A DNA stretch of 64,000 nucleotides. It comes from Octopus sinensis (Eukaryota). Location of the stretch: assembly GCF_006345805.1 (NCBI RefSeq), contig NC_043010.1, forward strand, positions 17,174,001 through 17,238,000, written 5' to 3'. Shown here piece after piece: positions 27,701 to 40,567 of this stretch. The translations under genes were made by a program, and so were the position numbers. Under the pieces are notes generated by a model. The model was not told where the DNA came from, searched no databases, and saw only the letters and a list, made by a program, of their open reading frames with translations. Within the stretch, counting starts at the first letter, position 1. Each line of letters starts with the position of its first letter.

Positions 27701-30700
27701 CGACAGGGGACTTTGCACCATCCACCGATCTGGTCAGTGGCCCTCAGCAGGTTGTCCCATAGAAACCTCCAGTTGTCTTCTACATCATGTGAAGCTATAT
27801 CACTTTCTATTCCGTTAAAGGCTTCGAGTAATATGTCTCTAAATCTCTGTCCATTCAAAGGATCTTTAAGCTTCCAGACCCTTCTGCTCCATGCTGGTCG
27901 TCTTCTGGGCATCCACTTAGCCCTAAACAACTGAAGAGAATGTGTGTGTGTGCACAAATATACATACATACATACACACACATATACACACACATATACA
28001 AACATACATATAAATAAAAATATATGTTTATATATCTCTATATACGTATGTAAGTATAAAAGTCTGTATACACATATATGTAGATGTCTGTATATATAAA
28101 TATATCATCATCATTTAGTGTCCATTGTCCATGCTGGCATGGGTTGGACAGTTTGACCAAGTCTGGCAAGCTGGAAGGCTGCAGCAGACTCCAGTCTGAT
28201 TTGGCATGGTTTGTACAGCTGGATGCCCTTCCTAATGCCAACTCCTCCAAGAGTGTAATGGGTGCTTTTATGTGCCACCAACACAGGTGCCATTTGCGTG
28301 ACACCAGTATCTGCCATGACTGCATTTTTACTTTGCTTGATGGATCTTCTTCTGAAGCACACCAATGTGAAAGGTCTCAGTCATTACCTCCGTGAGACCC
28401 AACACTCAAAAGGGGTTTTCCATGTGCCACCAACATCAGCTACATGCCTCTGTGAGGCCCAACACTCGAAAAGTGCTTTTTACATGCCACTGGCACACGT
28501 GCCAATTACATGACATCTGCACAACTATGACTTCACTTGGCTTGAGGGGTCTTCTCAAGCACAGCACATCACAAAAAGTCTTGGTCACTAATCATTGCTA
28601 CCATGAGGCCCAAAGTTCAAAGATCATGCTTCCCCACTTCATCCCATGTCTTCTTGAGTCTATCTCTACCACAGGTTCCCTCCACAATTAGAGATCAACA
28701 CCTCTTTACACAGCTGTCCTTGTCCAAGTATGTCACATGACCATACCAGTGCAGTCATCTCTCTTGCACATCATATCTGATGCCTCTTATGCCCAACTTT
28801 TCTTTCAAGATGCTTACACTTTGTTGAATGTGCACACTGACATTGCACATCCTGTGAAGCATACTGACAAGCTGTCACAGCCCATGTAGCATAGAATATT
28901 TATACGGGTGCAAAGAGCACCATATGAGTGTGATCATTGACAGAGCGGCTATTCGAGTATGATCGTTACCAGCGTCACCTTACTGGCACTTATGCCTGTG
29001 CTAGTAGGGTGCCAAGAGCACCATCTGAGTGTGATCATTGCCAGAGCAGCCAATTGGCTTCTGTACCCGTGGCACGTAAAAGGGCACCATTTGAGCGTGA
29101 TCATTACCAACGTCACATCACTGGCACCTGTTCCATTGGCATGTGCAAAAAGATTTGAGCGAGGTCATTGCCAGTATCGCCTAACTGGCCTCCGTGCAGG
29201 TGGCACATAAAAAGCACCCACTACACTCTCGAAGTGGTTGGCGTTAGGAAGGGCATCCAGCTGTAGAAACTCTGCCAGATCAAGACTGGAGCCTGGTGCA
29301 GCCATCTGGTTGCCAGCCCCCAGTCAAAATCGTCCAACCCATGCAAGCATGGAAAACAGACGTTAAATGATGATGATGATTCCCACTTGTCCTTCCTATG
29401 CTTCCCTTTATAGAGAACCACCACTGTTTGGGACACTCTTTTCAATTCAAAACTTTGGCATAAATCTAGTTAGACATTGAAGCAGGTTTTTAAACCCACA
29501 TTTCAAAATCTCAGCTCAGAGATCATCCATCCCAGATAACTTACCACTGTTAAATATATATGATGGTTAGCTGTCAAAACAAAGCTATTCTTATCACTAA
29601 TATTGGAATGCCTGTATACTGAGGATTGTGATCATGTTGCAGACTCTTATGGACTCTCAACAGCAAGCGGTATACTGAGTCTAAAAACCAACCTGAAAAA
29701 GCTATCTTGGACCAACCTGCACCCAGAGAGGCAAACTCCAAGTCAAACATTTACATGTATGGACAGAAATTGAAGGGTGTAGATAAATCCCAGTATTTAG
29801 GCAGGACTGTGAATATTTCAGTGTTGATAGCATTTGATAATTTCCCATTTTCAATGTGATCTGAAACTGAAGGTGGGCCTTTATGGGAATATATTCTCTC
29901 AGGTTCAAAAACTTGTTCAAACAGTATTCAAAGTTTTATTTTATTTTTCTGTGAGTGTGGCTGTGTGGTATGAAGCTTGCTTCTCAACCACAGGATTTGG
30001 GTTCAGTCCCACTGCATGGTACCTTGGGTATCTTCTACAACTTCAGGCCAACCAGAGCCTTGTGAGTGGATTTGGCATACTGAAAGAAGCCGGCCATATA
30101 TCATCATCGTTTAACATCCTTCTTCCATGCTGGCATGGGTTGGACGGTTTGACAGGAGCTGGCCAGGCTGAAGACGGCACCAGACTGTTTTGGCATGGTT
30201 TTTACGATTGGATGCCTTTTCTTACACCCCCGCCCCAGGGTGGGCTGAGTGCTTTTTAAATGGCACCGCATTCACGTATATCTTTATGTCTGTGTTTGTC
30301 CCCTACCACCGTTTGACAACTAGTGTTTGTTGGTCTGTTTAGCTCTCTGTGATTTTGCTGTTTGGCAAAAGAGACTGATAGATACGTATTATTAAAAAAA
30401 TAAGTACTGGGATCGAGTTAATCCACTAAAATTCTTCATGGTGGTGCCCCAGCATGGCCACAGTCAAATGACTGAAAAAACTATAAAATGAAAGATTTGT
30501 GTAAAAAAAAAAACAATATAAAAAATGTGAAACAAGTGAGATTGCTCTGACCCCAAACTGAAGAAACGAAAACACAGACGCCTTAAGGGTCCCTCAGTGT
30601 AAGATTGGTTCTCTAACAATTACAACACCAACTCATTGGATTTTCGTTTTATCCTTGTTTTATTGAGAAAATAGAAGGGGGGAGTCCTCTGATGGTGGGT

Positions 30701-33700
30701 GGCTGTGAAGGGGACAGGCAAATTGCATTGTCTAATAAAATTAAAATAGTTTTAAAATTCGTTTTAAATTTGCCCAACACCATGGTGAAGAATAAAGAGT
30801 TATATGAATGGGGACCCGACAGTGTTTGCTTATTAATGAAGAGGGGAAGGGGAAAATGCAAAATAATTTCATTCATAAATATTTATGTGTTGCCTAAGAT
30901 TTCAGTTTGACAATCACAATGGACCAGAGTAGTTTCGGATCTTTTTGGTTTGAACGGCAGTTTTTTCAAGTGGTGTCATATGAAATTGTCACCCATAGTA
31001 TCGATCTATTGCATTTCAATTTGTTTTAGGGTTAGTGGTGGGGGGAAGGGTATCCTTTTTTTTTCTTCAGAAATGTAAATAAACTCAATCTGTTTCTTAA
31101 ACGAGGGACATATTCATACGGCACAGAATGTTTTTTTACCTCAATAGACGTCAGTGATTGGTTGAAATTGCAGAAATTGAAGAGAAAAAAAAAACAACAA
31201 AAATCTTACAAACTATAGAATTTTCTCAATAAAGCCAAGAGAAAAAGATGTTTTATAAACACATTCTACCAGTATACGAAGTTTAAAATGTTTTAGTTAC
31301 CTAGAAATTATGTTAAAAACTGCCGTTCAAACCGAAAAGATCCGTAGTTTCTCTTTGTGTAAAAACAGGCAACTAGGGAAAGCATTCAGGGACAGAGATA
31401 TTGGTTGTTGACAAAAACGAGAGACAGACAAGGGGGTGATAATAACAAAAAAAGAACGAAGAATTGTGTCGATGAGCCACTTTCGATTCTCAAGTCCAAG
31501 ATCATTTAACTGCTCAATCTTTTACAATGCCAATTGTTGCCATAATTCACTTGTGCCCGAGCAAACCCAACTTTAAAGCCAGGGATTCTAACCATAACCA
31601 TTTAGTCTTTTATTCTAACCTTACATCAATTTATTTTTAAAGACAGTAAGGTCTGAAGGTGTGACTTGAGAAAGATGTAGCTGTTGTTTCCAGCAGATCA
31701 AGCGACCAAATAATAGCTTCCTTGTTCCCATGTTGTATATTCAATACTGGATGAAAAATATAAAATTTTATTGTCCGAAACTGGAATTTTCCAAAAAACT
31801 TAACGGATAGATTCTTTCTCTTTATTTTATTTTATTTATTTTTCTGGCTAAACACTGAAGTTCTGAATGGTTAATTAAATTGAATACAATTTATAATAAA
31901 AGGCTTAAGGAGAGGAGTGTGGTAAAGAACCCTAGATTTTCAAAACTATTTTTTCATAAAAAGCTTTGGATCTTTTCGGTTTGAATGGCAGTTTTTAGCA
32001 TAATTTCTAGGTAACTAAAAAATTTTAAACTTCGTATACTGGTAGAATGTGTTTATAAAACATCTCTTGGCTTTATTGAGAAAATTCTATAGTTTGTAAG
32101 ATATTTGTTGATTTTTTCTTCAATTTCTGCAATTTCAACCAATCACTGACGTCCATTGAGGTAAAAAAAAACATTCTGTGCCGTATGAATATGTCCCTCG
32201 TTTAAGAAACAGATTGGGTTTATTTACATTTGTGAAGAAAAAAAAGATACTCTTCCCCCTACCCCTAACCCTAAAACAGATTGAAATGCAATAGATCGAT
32301 ACTAGGGTCATAATTATGGGTGACAATTTCATATGACACCGCTAGAAAAAAACTCGTTCAAACCGAAAAGATCCAAAGCTTTCCCCACCCCAATCATTTT
32401 GTAGTGCGTGGAGGAAAAAAAATGAAATATCCCCGCCGAAACAGAAAATCCAACATACGAGGGTCACCTATTGCAGACCTCAGCCCAGATTCATACCACA
32501 AGAGTTGTTCCGCATGAACTATTCCTACTTTACCAGGCCTAATTTTTTACGGTGCCCATAGCTGCTATTTCTAGCAGTGACGAGAAACTGAAGGAGCGCT
32601 TTTTTGACCTCCAATGTCAACAAACATGTGACTGACACAATTTTATTCTCTGATATGGTTGTTCCATTATTTCTCCTCCCCTCACCAAAAAAAAAAAACA
32701 TGATTGAAGGTTCATTAACAACAACAACACGGGTTAGGACGCATTTCTTGGGATTAATTTGAAAAGACAAAAATACAATTAACTTCTGAATTTGATAAAA
32801 AAAAAAAAAAAGAGAGAGAGGCGCAGGAGTGGCTGTGTGGTAAGTGGCTTGCTAACCAACCACATGGTTCCGGGTTCAGTCCCACTGCGTGGCATCTTGG
32901 GCAAGTGTCTTCTGCTATAGCCCCGGGCCGACCAATGCCTTGTGAGTGGATTTGGTAGACGGAAACTGAAAGAAGCCTGTCATATATATATATATATATG
33001 TGTGTGTGTGTTTGTCCCCCTAGCATTACTTGACAACCGATGCTGGTGTGTTTACGTCCCCGTCACTTAGCGGTTCGGCAAAAGAGACCGATAGGATAAG
33101 TACTGGGCTTACAAAGAATAAGTCCTGGGGTCGATTTGCTCGACTAAAGGCGGTGCTCCAGCATGGCCGCAGTCAAATGACTGAAAAGAGTAAAAGAGTA
33201 AAAGAGTAAGAGAGAGAGAAAAGGTGTGGAAGACGATCACAGAATGCTTGAAATTGTGGTGAAATGTCCTTGCGCATGCGCCAAAATCTAAAGACGATCG
33301 GACGATATTTTCTTTTCGTTATCTAAAATTGCCAAAAACTTGGAGATATTCGCTGGTTTGCTTCCAAATGTGTGTTGCTTCCCAACCACGTTGTCTTGGG
33401 TTCAATGTCACTGCGCAGCACCGCAGGCAAGTTCCCCCTTGTGACTGGTGGCTCGGTCAGTCACCACTTGGCGAGTCGGCAAAAGAGATCGGTAGAACAA
33501 GTTACCAGACTTTAAAATAGGTCCTGAAATCGATTTATTCGAATCCTTCCAATGTCCATGACTCGAAACAAGTCATCCATTCGCAAATATCGCCGACTCC
33601 AATCTTCAATGCTTATGGTTTATATTGGTTTCGTATTTTGGCACACAATGCCAGCAATTTCGGGGGTCGGGAGTAAGTCTTTTACATCGACCCCAGTATT

Positions 33701-36700
33701 CAACTGGGGATCTTTTCAGTTTGAACGGCAGTTTTTTCTAGCGGTGTCATATGAAACTGTCACCCATAATTATGACCCTAGTATCGATCTATTGCATTTC
33801 AATCTGCTTTAGAGTTAGGGGGAAGGGTATCTTCTTTTCTTCACAAATGTAAATAAATCCAATCTGTTTCTTAAACGAGGGACATATTCATACGGCACAG
33901 AATGAAGAAAAACAACAACAAATATCTTACAAACTATAGAATTTTCTCAATAAAGCCAAGAGAAAAAGATGTTTTATAAACACATTCTACCAGTATACGA
34001 AATTTAAAATTTTTTAGTTACGTGGAAATTATTTTAAAAAACTGCCGTTCAAACCGAAAAGATCCCTCAACTGGTACATATTTTATCGACCTTGAAAGGA
34101 TGGAAGGCAAAGTCGATCTCGGCAAAGTAATTTAAGGATTTTCCAGTCCTTAAAATGAACCAACAGTGCACGCGCGCTGGTAGTTTTGTTTTCTTTTTGA
34201 CTGATGAAATGAGAGACGGGCATATTGGGTGAAGAATCAGGAAAATTATGTCGTGAATTTGGTTGTCTTTTACGTTTCAAGTTCAAAACTTAACATTTTT
34301 TAATTTTGATTTTCTTGAAGCCAACAAAAATATAAAAACTCTTTAGCATTCTCTACCGCAATCCTAACCCGACCCTTTCTTCTGACCCAAACTTAACTGG
34401 GGCTCATCCGCCATTGGCGAAGTCTCAAACTCATTTGGCATTGCTAGCCGGGTTAAAACACAATAATTGGGAAAAGGGTTCAATGTAACATAACAACTTT
34501 GACCGCATGCTAGCGATACGTATTTTACTAGTAACTAGCAGTATCGCCCGGCGTTGCTCGGGCTTGTAAGGGAAATAACTATATAAGCATTTTTAGAGAG
34601 TTACTTCCCTTATAGATGCCAATTCGGGCTTTCTTAGCCATTTCTGTTTTGGTGTCTTCAAGCCATGAAGTCGTTGTTCTAAAAGAACGCTGGTCTCCTT
34701 GACAACGCTTTACGACGTTGATTTCCTTACACTCCCTTCCCTACAGCTTCACGAGGGAGGGAAGAAGGGGGAGAAGCAAACAGGTGCAGGTGTGACCATG
34801 GACGCCAACTCCGCCGCCATCGACACACGAAAAATTATGCATTAAAATGGAATAAAAAATGATGTTAAATTATTTTTAAAATCGTAGACTCATCGTAGAC
34901 GCACGCTAATACTCAGACGGGCTCGATATGAATCACGACTATAAGATACCCGAATTTGGTTAAACTGCACCGCAAAATGTGGGAGTAGTTAGGAATCTAA
35001 ATCGAAGGGGACAGACACTCACACAACTACAGTTTTATATATATAGATATGTAACTGAAAAAGTTTCGCTTTATAAAATTGAACCGAGGGAGGCAAGGGT
35101 TGACCAAATACTACCGCAGACCGTATGTTTAATATTCCCATAAGTTTTCATGAAAAATATTTTACTTTAAAATGTTTAATTGTAGTTGTATCATAGAAAG
35201 AGAAAAAAATGAATAAGTTTACACAAACTACCAGTTCTGTGATGTAAATGTTTTGCTGTTCCACATGTCTCACTTTGAAGATGAAATTTATGGGGGTTTT
35301 TTTTTCCCTACTATTTTTTTATGGGTCTTTTGAAGGAATCTATCAAAATCGTCGGGAATCACTCATTCTTTAGATAAACCCCAACTACTGAAGGTGAGAC
35401 GGGTGGAAAGTGGAAATATTGCAGATTTCATAACTTTGGACCAAGTCACAGTTTTGATGAAAAACAAAAAAAAAATTTACTTAAATTTCTTTGCGAATTA
35501 GCAATTGCCATTTCTTGTCAAATATTTGATTAAAAGGTAAAAAAACAAAAATAAAAAAAAAAGCAACTGTGGCACTGAAAATCTACTTTAAAAAAATATA
35601 TGTATTCTGTAAGCCTCTAAAATGACAAAGTGAGTTCAAGAATCAACCATTATATAAGAGATACACCTGAAGTCATGAATGAAATTCTGTACAAATTTCG
35701 AAACTAAACGGTAATATTTACGAGCTGCCAGAATCGTTCGCAGCACGCCGAGCAAAATGCCTTGCGGTATTTCGTCCGTTTTTATGTTCAAAGTTAAAAT
35801 TCCGCCGAGGTTGACTTCGCTTTTTATCCTTTCGGAATGGATAAGATAAAGTACCAGTTGAGTAAACGACTTTACCCATCCTTGGAAATTGCTTGAAACC
35901 AATATATATGGACTGCACAAGAAGTATACGAATGGAAAATAAGCAAAGAGAAGAAAAAAGAAAGACGATTGAGGGTTTGGGGGAGAGGGGTTCCTTGGAT
36001 CTTCTCGGTTTGAACGGCAGTTTTTTCTAACGGTGTCATATGAAATTGTCACCCATAATTATGACCCTAGTATCGATCTATTGCATTTCAATCTGTTTTA
36101 GGGTGAGGGGAAGGGTATCTTTTTTTTTCTTCACAAATGTAAATAGACCCAAACTGTTTCTTAAACGAGGAACATATTCATACGGCACAGAATGTTTTTT
36201 TTACCTCAATACACGTCACTGATTGGTTGAAATTGCAGAAATTGAAGAAAAAAAATCAACAAATATCTTACAAACCATAGAATTTTCTCAATAAAGCCAA
36301 GAGAAAAAGATGTTTTATAAACACATTCTACCAGTATACGAAGTTTAAAATTTTTTAGTTACCTAGAAATTATGTTAAAAACTGCCGTTCAAACCGAAAA
36401 GATCCCAAATATTTTTACATCTGTCTAACTTTGGAGGCAAAATGTATTCCATTTGTGGCTTTGAATGTTTTGAAAGAATCTGACCATCGAACCCATCAAA
36501 AACTATTCGTTCTGTTGGCAAATCCCGAACCATAAAGCTAAGACCGGGTGCAAATAGAAAACATTTAACAGAGAGCATAGAACTAACAAAATCCTGTGAA
36601 AACATCAATCGATATTTATGTGTTCATAAGATTCGTAAAAGCCATAAGTTACACAGTTAATAATTAATTTACATAAGCGAAAACTCACAGAAATGTTGTA

Positions 36701-37521
36701 ACGTCTAGTCTTGTTGCATTCTTTTGTTCTTCAGATCTTGCCAAATATTTTCATGGACTTCTTTAAATGTTAATACTACTTTCTAGGTACTTTCGCACCG
36801 AAATATTAATAGCGGTTTTAATTACAGGTATATGGATATTTATGCTGTTGGAATCAGCACAAAGAATAAATACGAGGACTGTTAGATTTGTAGGCCGCCC
36901 TTCGATGTTCCAGACTTAAGTCTGCAAATCGACCACATATTATAATAATAATCCATTCTACTGGAAGCACAAGGCCTCAAATTTGCCTAACTGGTACTTG
37001 TTTAATCGATCCCAAAGTCGACCTCGGCGGAATTTGAACTCAGAACGTAGCGGCAGACGAAATACCTATTTCTTTACTACCCACAAGGGGCTAAACACAG
37101 AGAGGACAAACAAGGACAGACAAACGGATGAAGTCGATTATATCGATCCCAGTGCGTAACTGGTACTTAATTTATCGACCCCGATGAAAGGCAAAGTCGA
37201 CCTCGGCGGAATTTGAACTCACAACGTAACGGCAGACGAAATGCCGCTAAGCATTTCGCCCCGGCGTGCTAACGATTCTGCTAGCTCGCCGCCTTAATAA
37301 TAATAATAATCCTTTCTACTATAGGCACAGGCCTGAAATGTGTGGGGGAGAGGACTAGTCGATTACATCGACTCCAGTGTTTCACTGGTATTTAATTTAT
37401 TGACCCTGAAAGGATGAAAGGCAAAGTCGACATCGGGGAATTTGAACTCAGAACGTAGCGGTAGACGAAATACTGCTAAGTATTTCGCCTGGCGTGCTAA
37501 CGATTCTGCCAGCTCAACGCC

Positions 37522-37560
<39 letters not shown>

Positions 37561-40227
37561 GCAGTAAATAGAATTTAAGTAAATGTTAAACTATTTCTAG
37601 ATTTGAAAATATTTGCCATTTTATTCGGAATAAAAAAAAAAACAAAATCATGTAACAATGTAAGCAAGAAAAGAAATGTCCCAAAGTAATTTGGTTTATA
37701 AAATTCCTTGTTAGAAACCGAAGAATTTGAGAAAGAATTACTGTTTGAGTAAAGATATTCCTGGAATTAAATCTGGATTTTGGTTTTAGGGTTTCCGTAT
37801 TATAAATTTTAATGTTGTTCCTCGTTAAATCGAAAGAAGTAAGTTCTTAAGAGATAAATTGTTTTAATTATCTGAAACAACAATTATTGTGTGTGTGTGG
37901 AATATTAGAGAGGAATAAATACACAAACCAGAGCCAAAGAAAAAGATGACAGCAATATATCTTGTATCTTTCGTGTATCGGATTTTCTTTTCGACCATAT
38001 CATGTATCCCAAAGAGCACGAACCGGGTAGTTACGTGTCTGGCGTATGTACTCCAGCGTGGTCGTGTTGTGGCACATCAAATAAAAGTGGAAAATAATCA
38101 AACACAGAAGGAGAATCATTATAACGAAAACCAAGATCTCGGTGGCACATACCAGTGCTAACCAGACGTCAGGTCGACAGCGAATAAAGAGAATTTCGAA
38201 GGTGGGTAAAGAATTGCGCTCAGTGGCGTAACGGTACATAAATTTCCACCAACCGACTAGCAGGATAGAATGGATACGCTCTGACATAATAACCAGGGTA
38301 CTGGTGAAAACTGTAGCCGACAGGATGAAGGCTGAACTGGAACTAATAATGAAACAGGCGTAGTTGCGACTTCCGATGCAATTGTTCAGCCAAATACAAT
38401 GGTGGTCGAAGAGGAGGACACATTTCTGACAGATAGGGCAGTGGTAGGACGATCCACACACGTAAGTGCCGCACTTGGCGCAGTAACGAAGGTCTTCGTC
38501 GTATTTTATGGCGACTTTCAAAAGTGCTGACGATTCAACAGGTTCTCCGTCCGGCATCGAACTGCCAATGCGAGACACCGGATCGACGGGGTCGGTCAGT
38601 TTTGTGACGAAAAATGTTGTCAGAAATAGAAGGCTCATCAGACTTGCCACTATACCCAAACCAACGGTGGTTTTCGTTGGAAAGAGTGGCAAGACGGCCG
38701 AAAAGTATATGAAGAAAATCCAGATAACTGAAATCCACAGAACCGCTTGGCGGCAGTTCTTCAAACGGTGGCGGCCATGTTGTTGAATATGTCCAGTCAA
38801 CAAAGTCCTCTCAGTGGGAGACGCGGAAGCATAACTGAAAGGCATTTTCAAAGATTAAAGGACGTTTTCTTTTGTCTTCGCGTTTGCCAAGGAGCACCAT
38901 ATAAAGGAACTAGTTTGGCTAAAGAAACCAAGCTAAATAACTGTTGGATATATCATTCCGTTGCGTCGGTTTATTGAAGGAAAGCGCAGGAGGGGGGCCA
39001 GGCGGCAACAGGCATCAGTTTACAACCAAAATCTAAGATGAAATGTGTTACTAGTTTTTAACTTGCACACAACCAGGTTGAGTCGGAAATTTGCTAGTAA
39101 AGGTGGTAACAGGTCAAAAAATAAAGAAATAGGTAACAGGTCAAAAAGGCAACACATTTCACTGTTTCGGGGGTGGGAGCCATCTGTTTAAACAATAAAC
39201 AGTTTATTTTTTGAGTATTTGTATAGTGCAGAGTTCAAATCTGTCCTGAAGTCAAAGTCGTTGTTAACTCATTTTAGGACAATTAAACGTATGTGTATAA
39301 AAAACACAACTACGTTCCAATTTTAACCTTTTGTTTATTTCATTTTATTTCATTTTTTCGTTTCTGCGTGATTTGCAACAATAAACTACACAAATTCATG
39401 TTTAGGAACATATCCACGCTATCTCAGCCTCATCTCAAGGATAAACAATGATGTTGCTCGTTCTTTTTATATAATGGCCGGCTTTTGTTCCTGCAGACTT
39501 CACAACCAGGGTCTGACTGCAAGAGGGTTATTAGAGTTCCACCTCATTACATGAGTATTAATGCTGTTAAAAAAGGGGGGGGGGGTGCAGTAGAAAGCCA
39601 GCCCCACTCAATATCATGAAGACGAGAATGAGATAACCAAGAAATGTTGGTTATTGTATTTTGGAATGTTATTGTTCCAAACGAACTCTCAAGTTCTGAA
39701 ACGCAAGTACGAGAAAGCCCCTAACAATCACGCGATATACACACATCGGCAGGTAGCAGTAAAATAAAATGAATATTTCACGTAATTATTTCATAATTTT
39801 CCTCTTTTTAATGATTTAATCAAGTGTGGAGATCTGTGAACCATGACGTTCCCATGCCGAGCGAGACAAGTGGGGTCAATAGGATTGAAATTTCGTGTCA
39901 ACGTCCGTGGCCTGACCTCTGCACGACAGAACACCTAGGCTGAAATAGGGGTTGCTGTTCTAGAGTAGGGGTCGGCAAAGTGGTCAATATTGACCTCCTG
40001 TCTCACCTCTTATGCTCCCCCATCTCCTCTTGTAAATCCAAACCCAGCCACATTCTCAATTCTTGTGACCCGACCCACTTCTACTCACCTCTTATCCGGA
40101 TCATTCCCACTTTAAATGTGATTAGCCATGTAGCTCCTCTACAAGAAACTGCTCTGCTCTACCTTTCTCATACTTTAATTCCTCATGCAGCATAAAGCTA
40201 TATATACGTACGAACGCGCGCGCGCGC

Positions 40228-40303
<76 letters not shown>

Positions 40304-40530
40304 GCGGCGAGCTGGCAGAACCGTTAGCACGCTGGGCGAAATGCGTAGCCGTATTTCGTCTGCCATTACGTCCTGAGTTCAAATTCCGCCTAGGTCGACT
40401 TTGCCTTTCATCCTTTCGGGGTCGATAAATAAAGTACCAGTTTCGCACTGGGGTCGATGTAATCGACTTAATCCGTTTGTCTGTCCTTGTTTGTCCCCTC
40501 TGTGTTTAGCCCCTTGTGGGCAGTAAAGAA

Positions 40531-40567
<37 letters not shown>

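Noticed and set aside
29221-29445. ORF starting MKRV..., a possible KCTD9 exon 1
   Set aside because: The start is a TTG, it lacks the NG...GK motif and a phase-0 donor, and it runs into an RTE tail; the real exon 1 is 52741-52788.
32820-32895. tRNA-like heads with A and B boxes
   Set aside because: They do not fold into a full cloverleaf and continue into SINE bodies; they are SINE heads, not tRNA genes.
38846-38851. ORF-track start of the DHHC gene at 38851
   Set aside because: That codon is TTG; the first ATG is at 38845.
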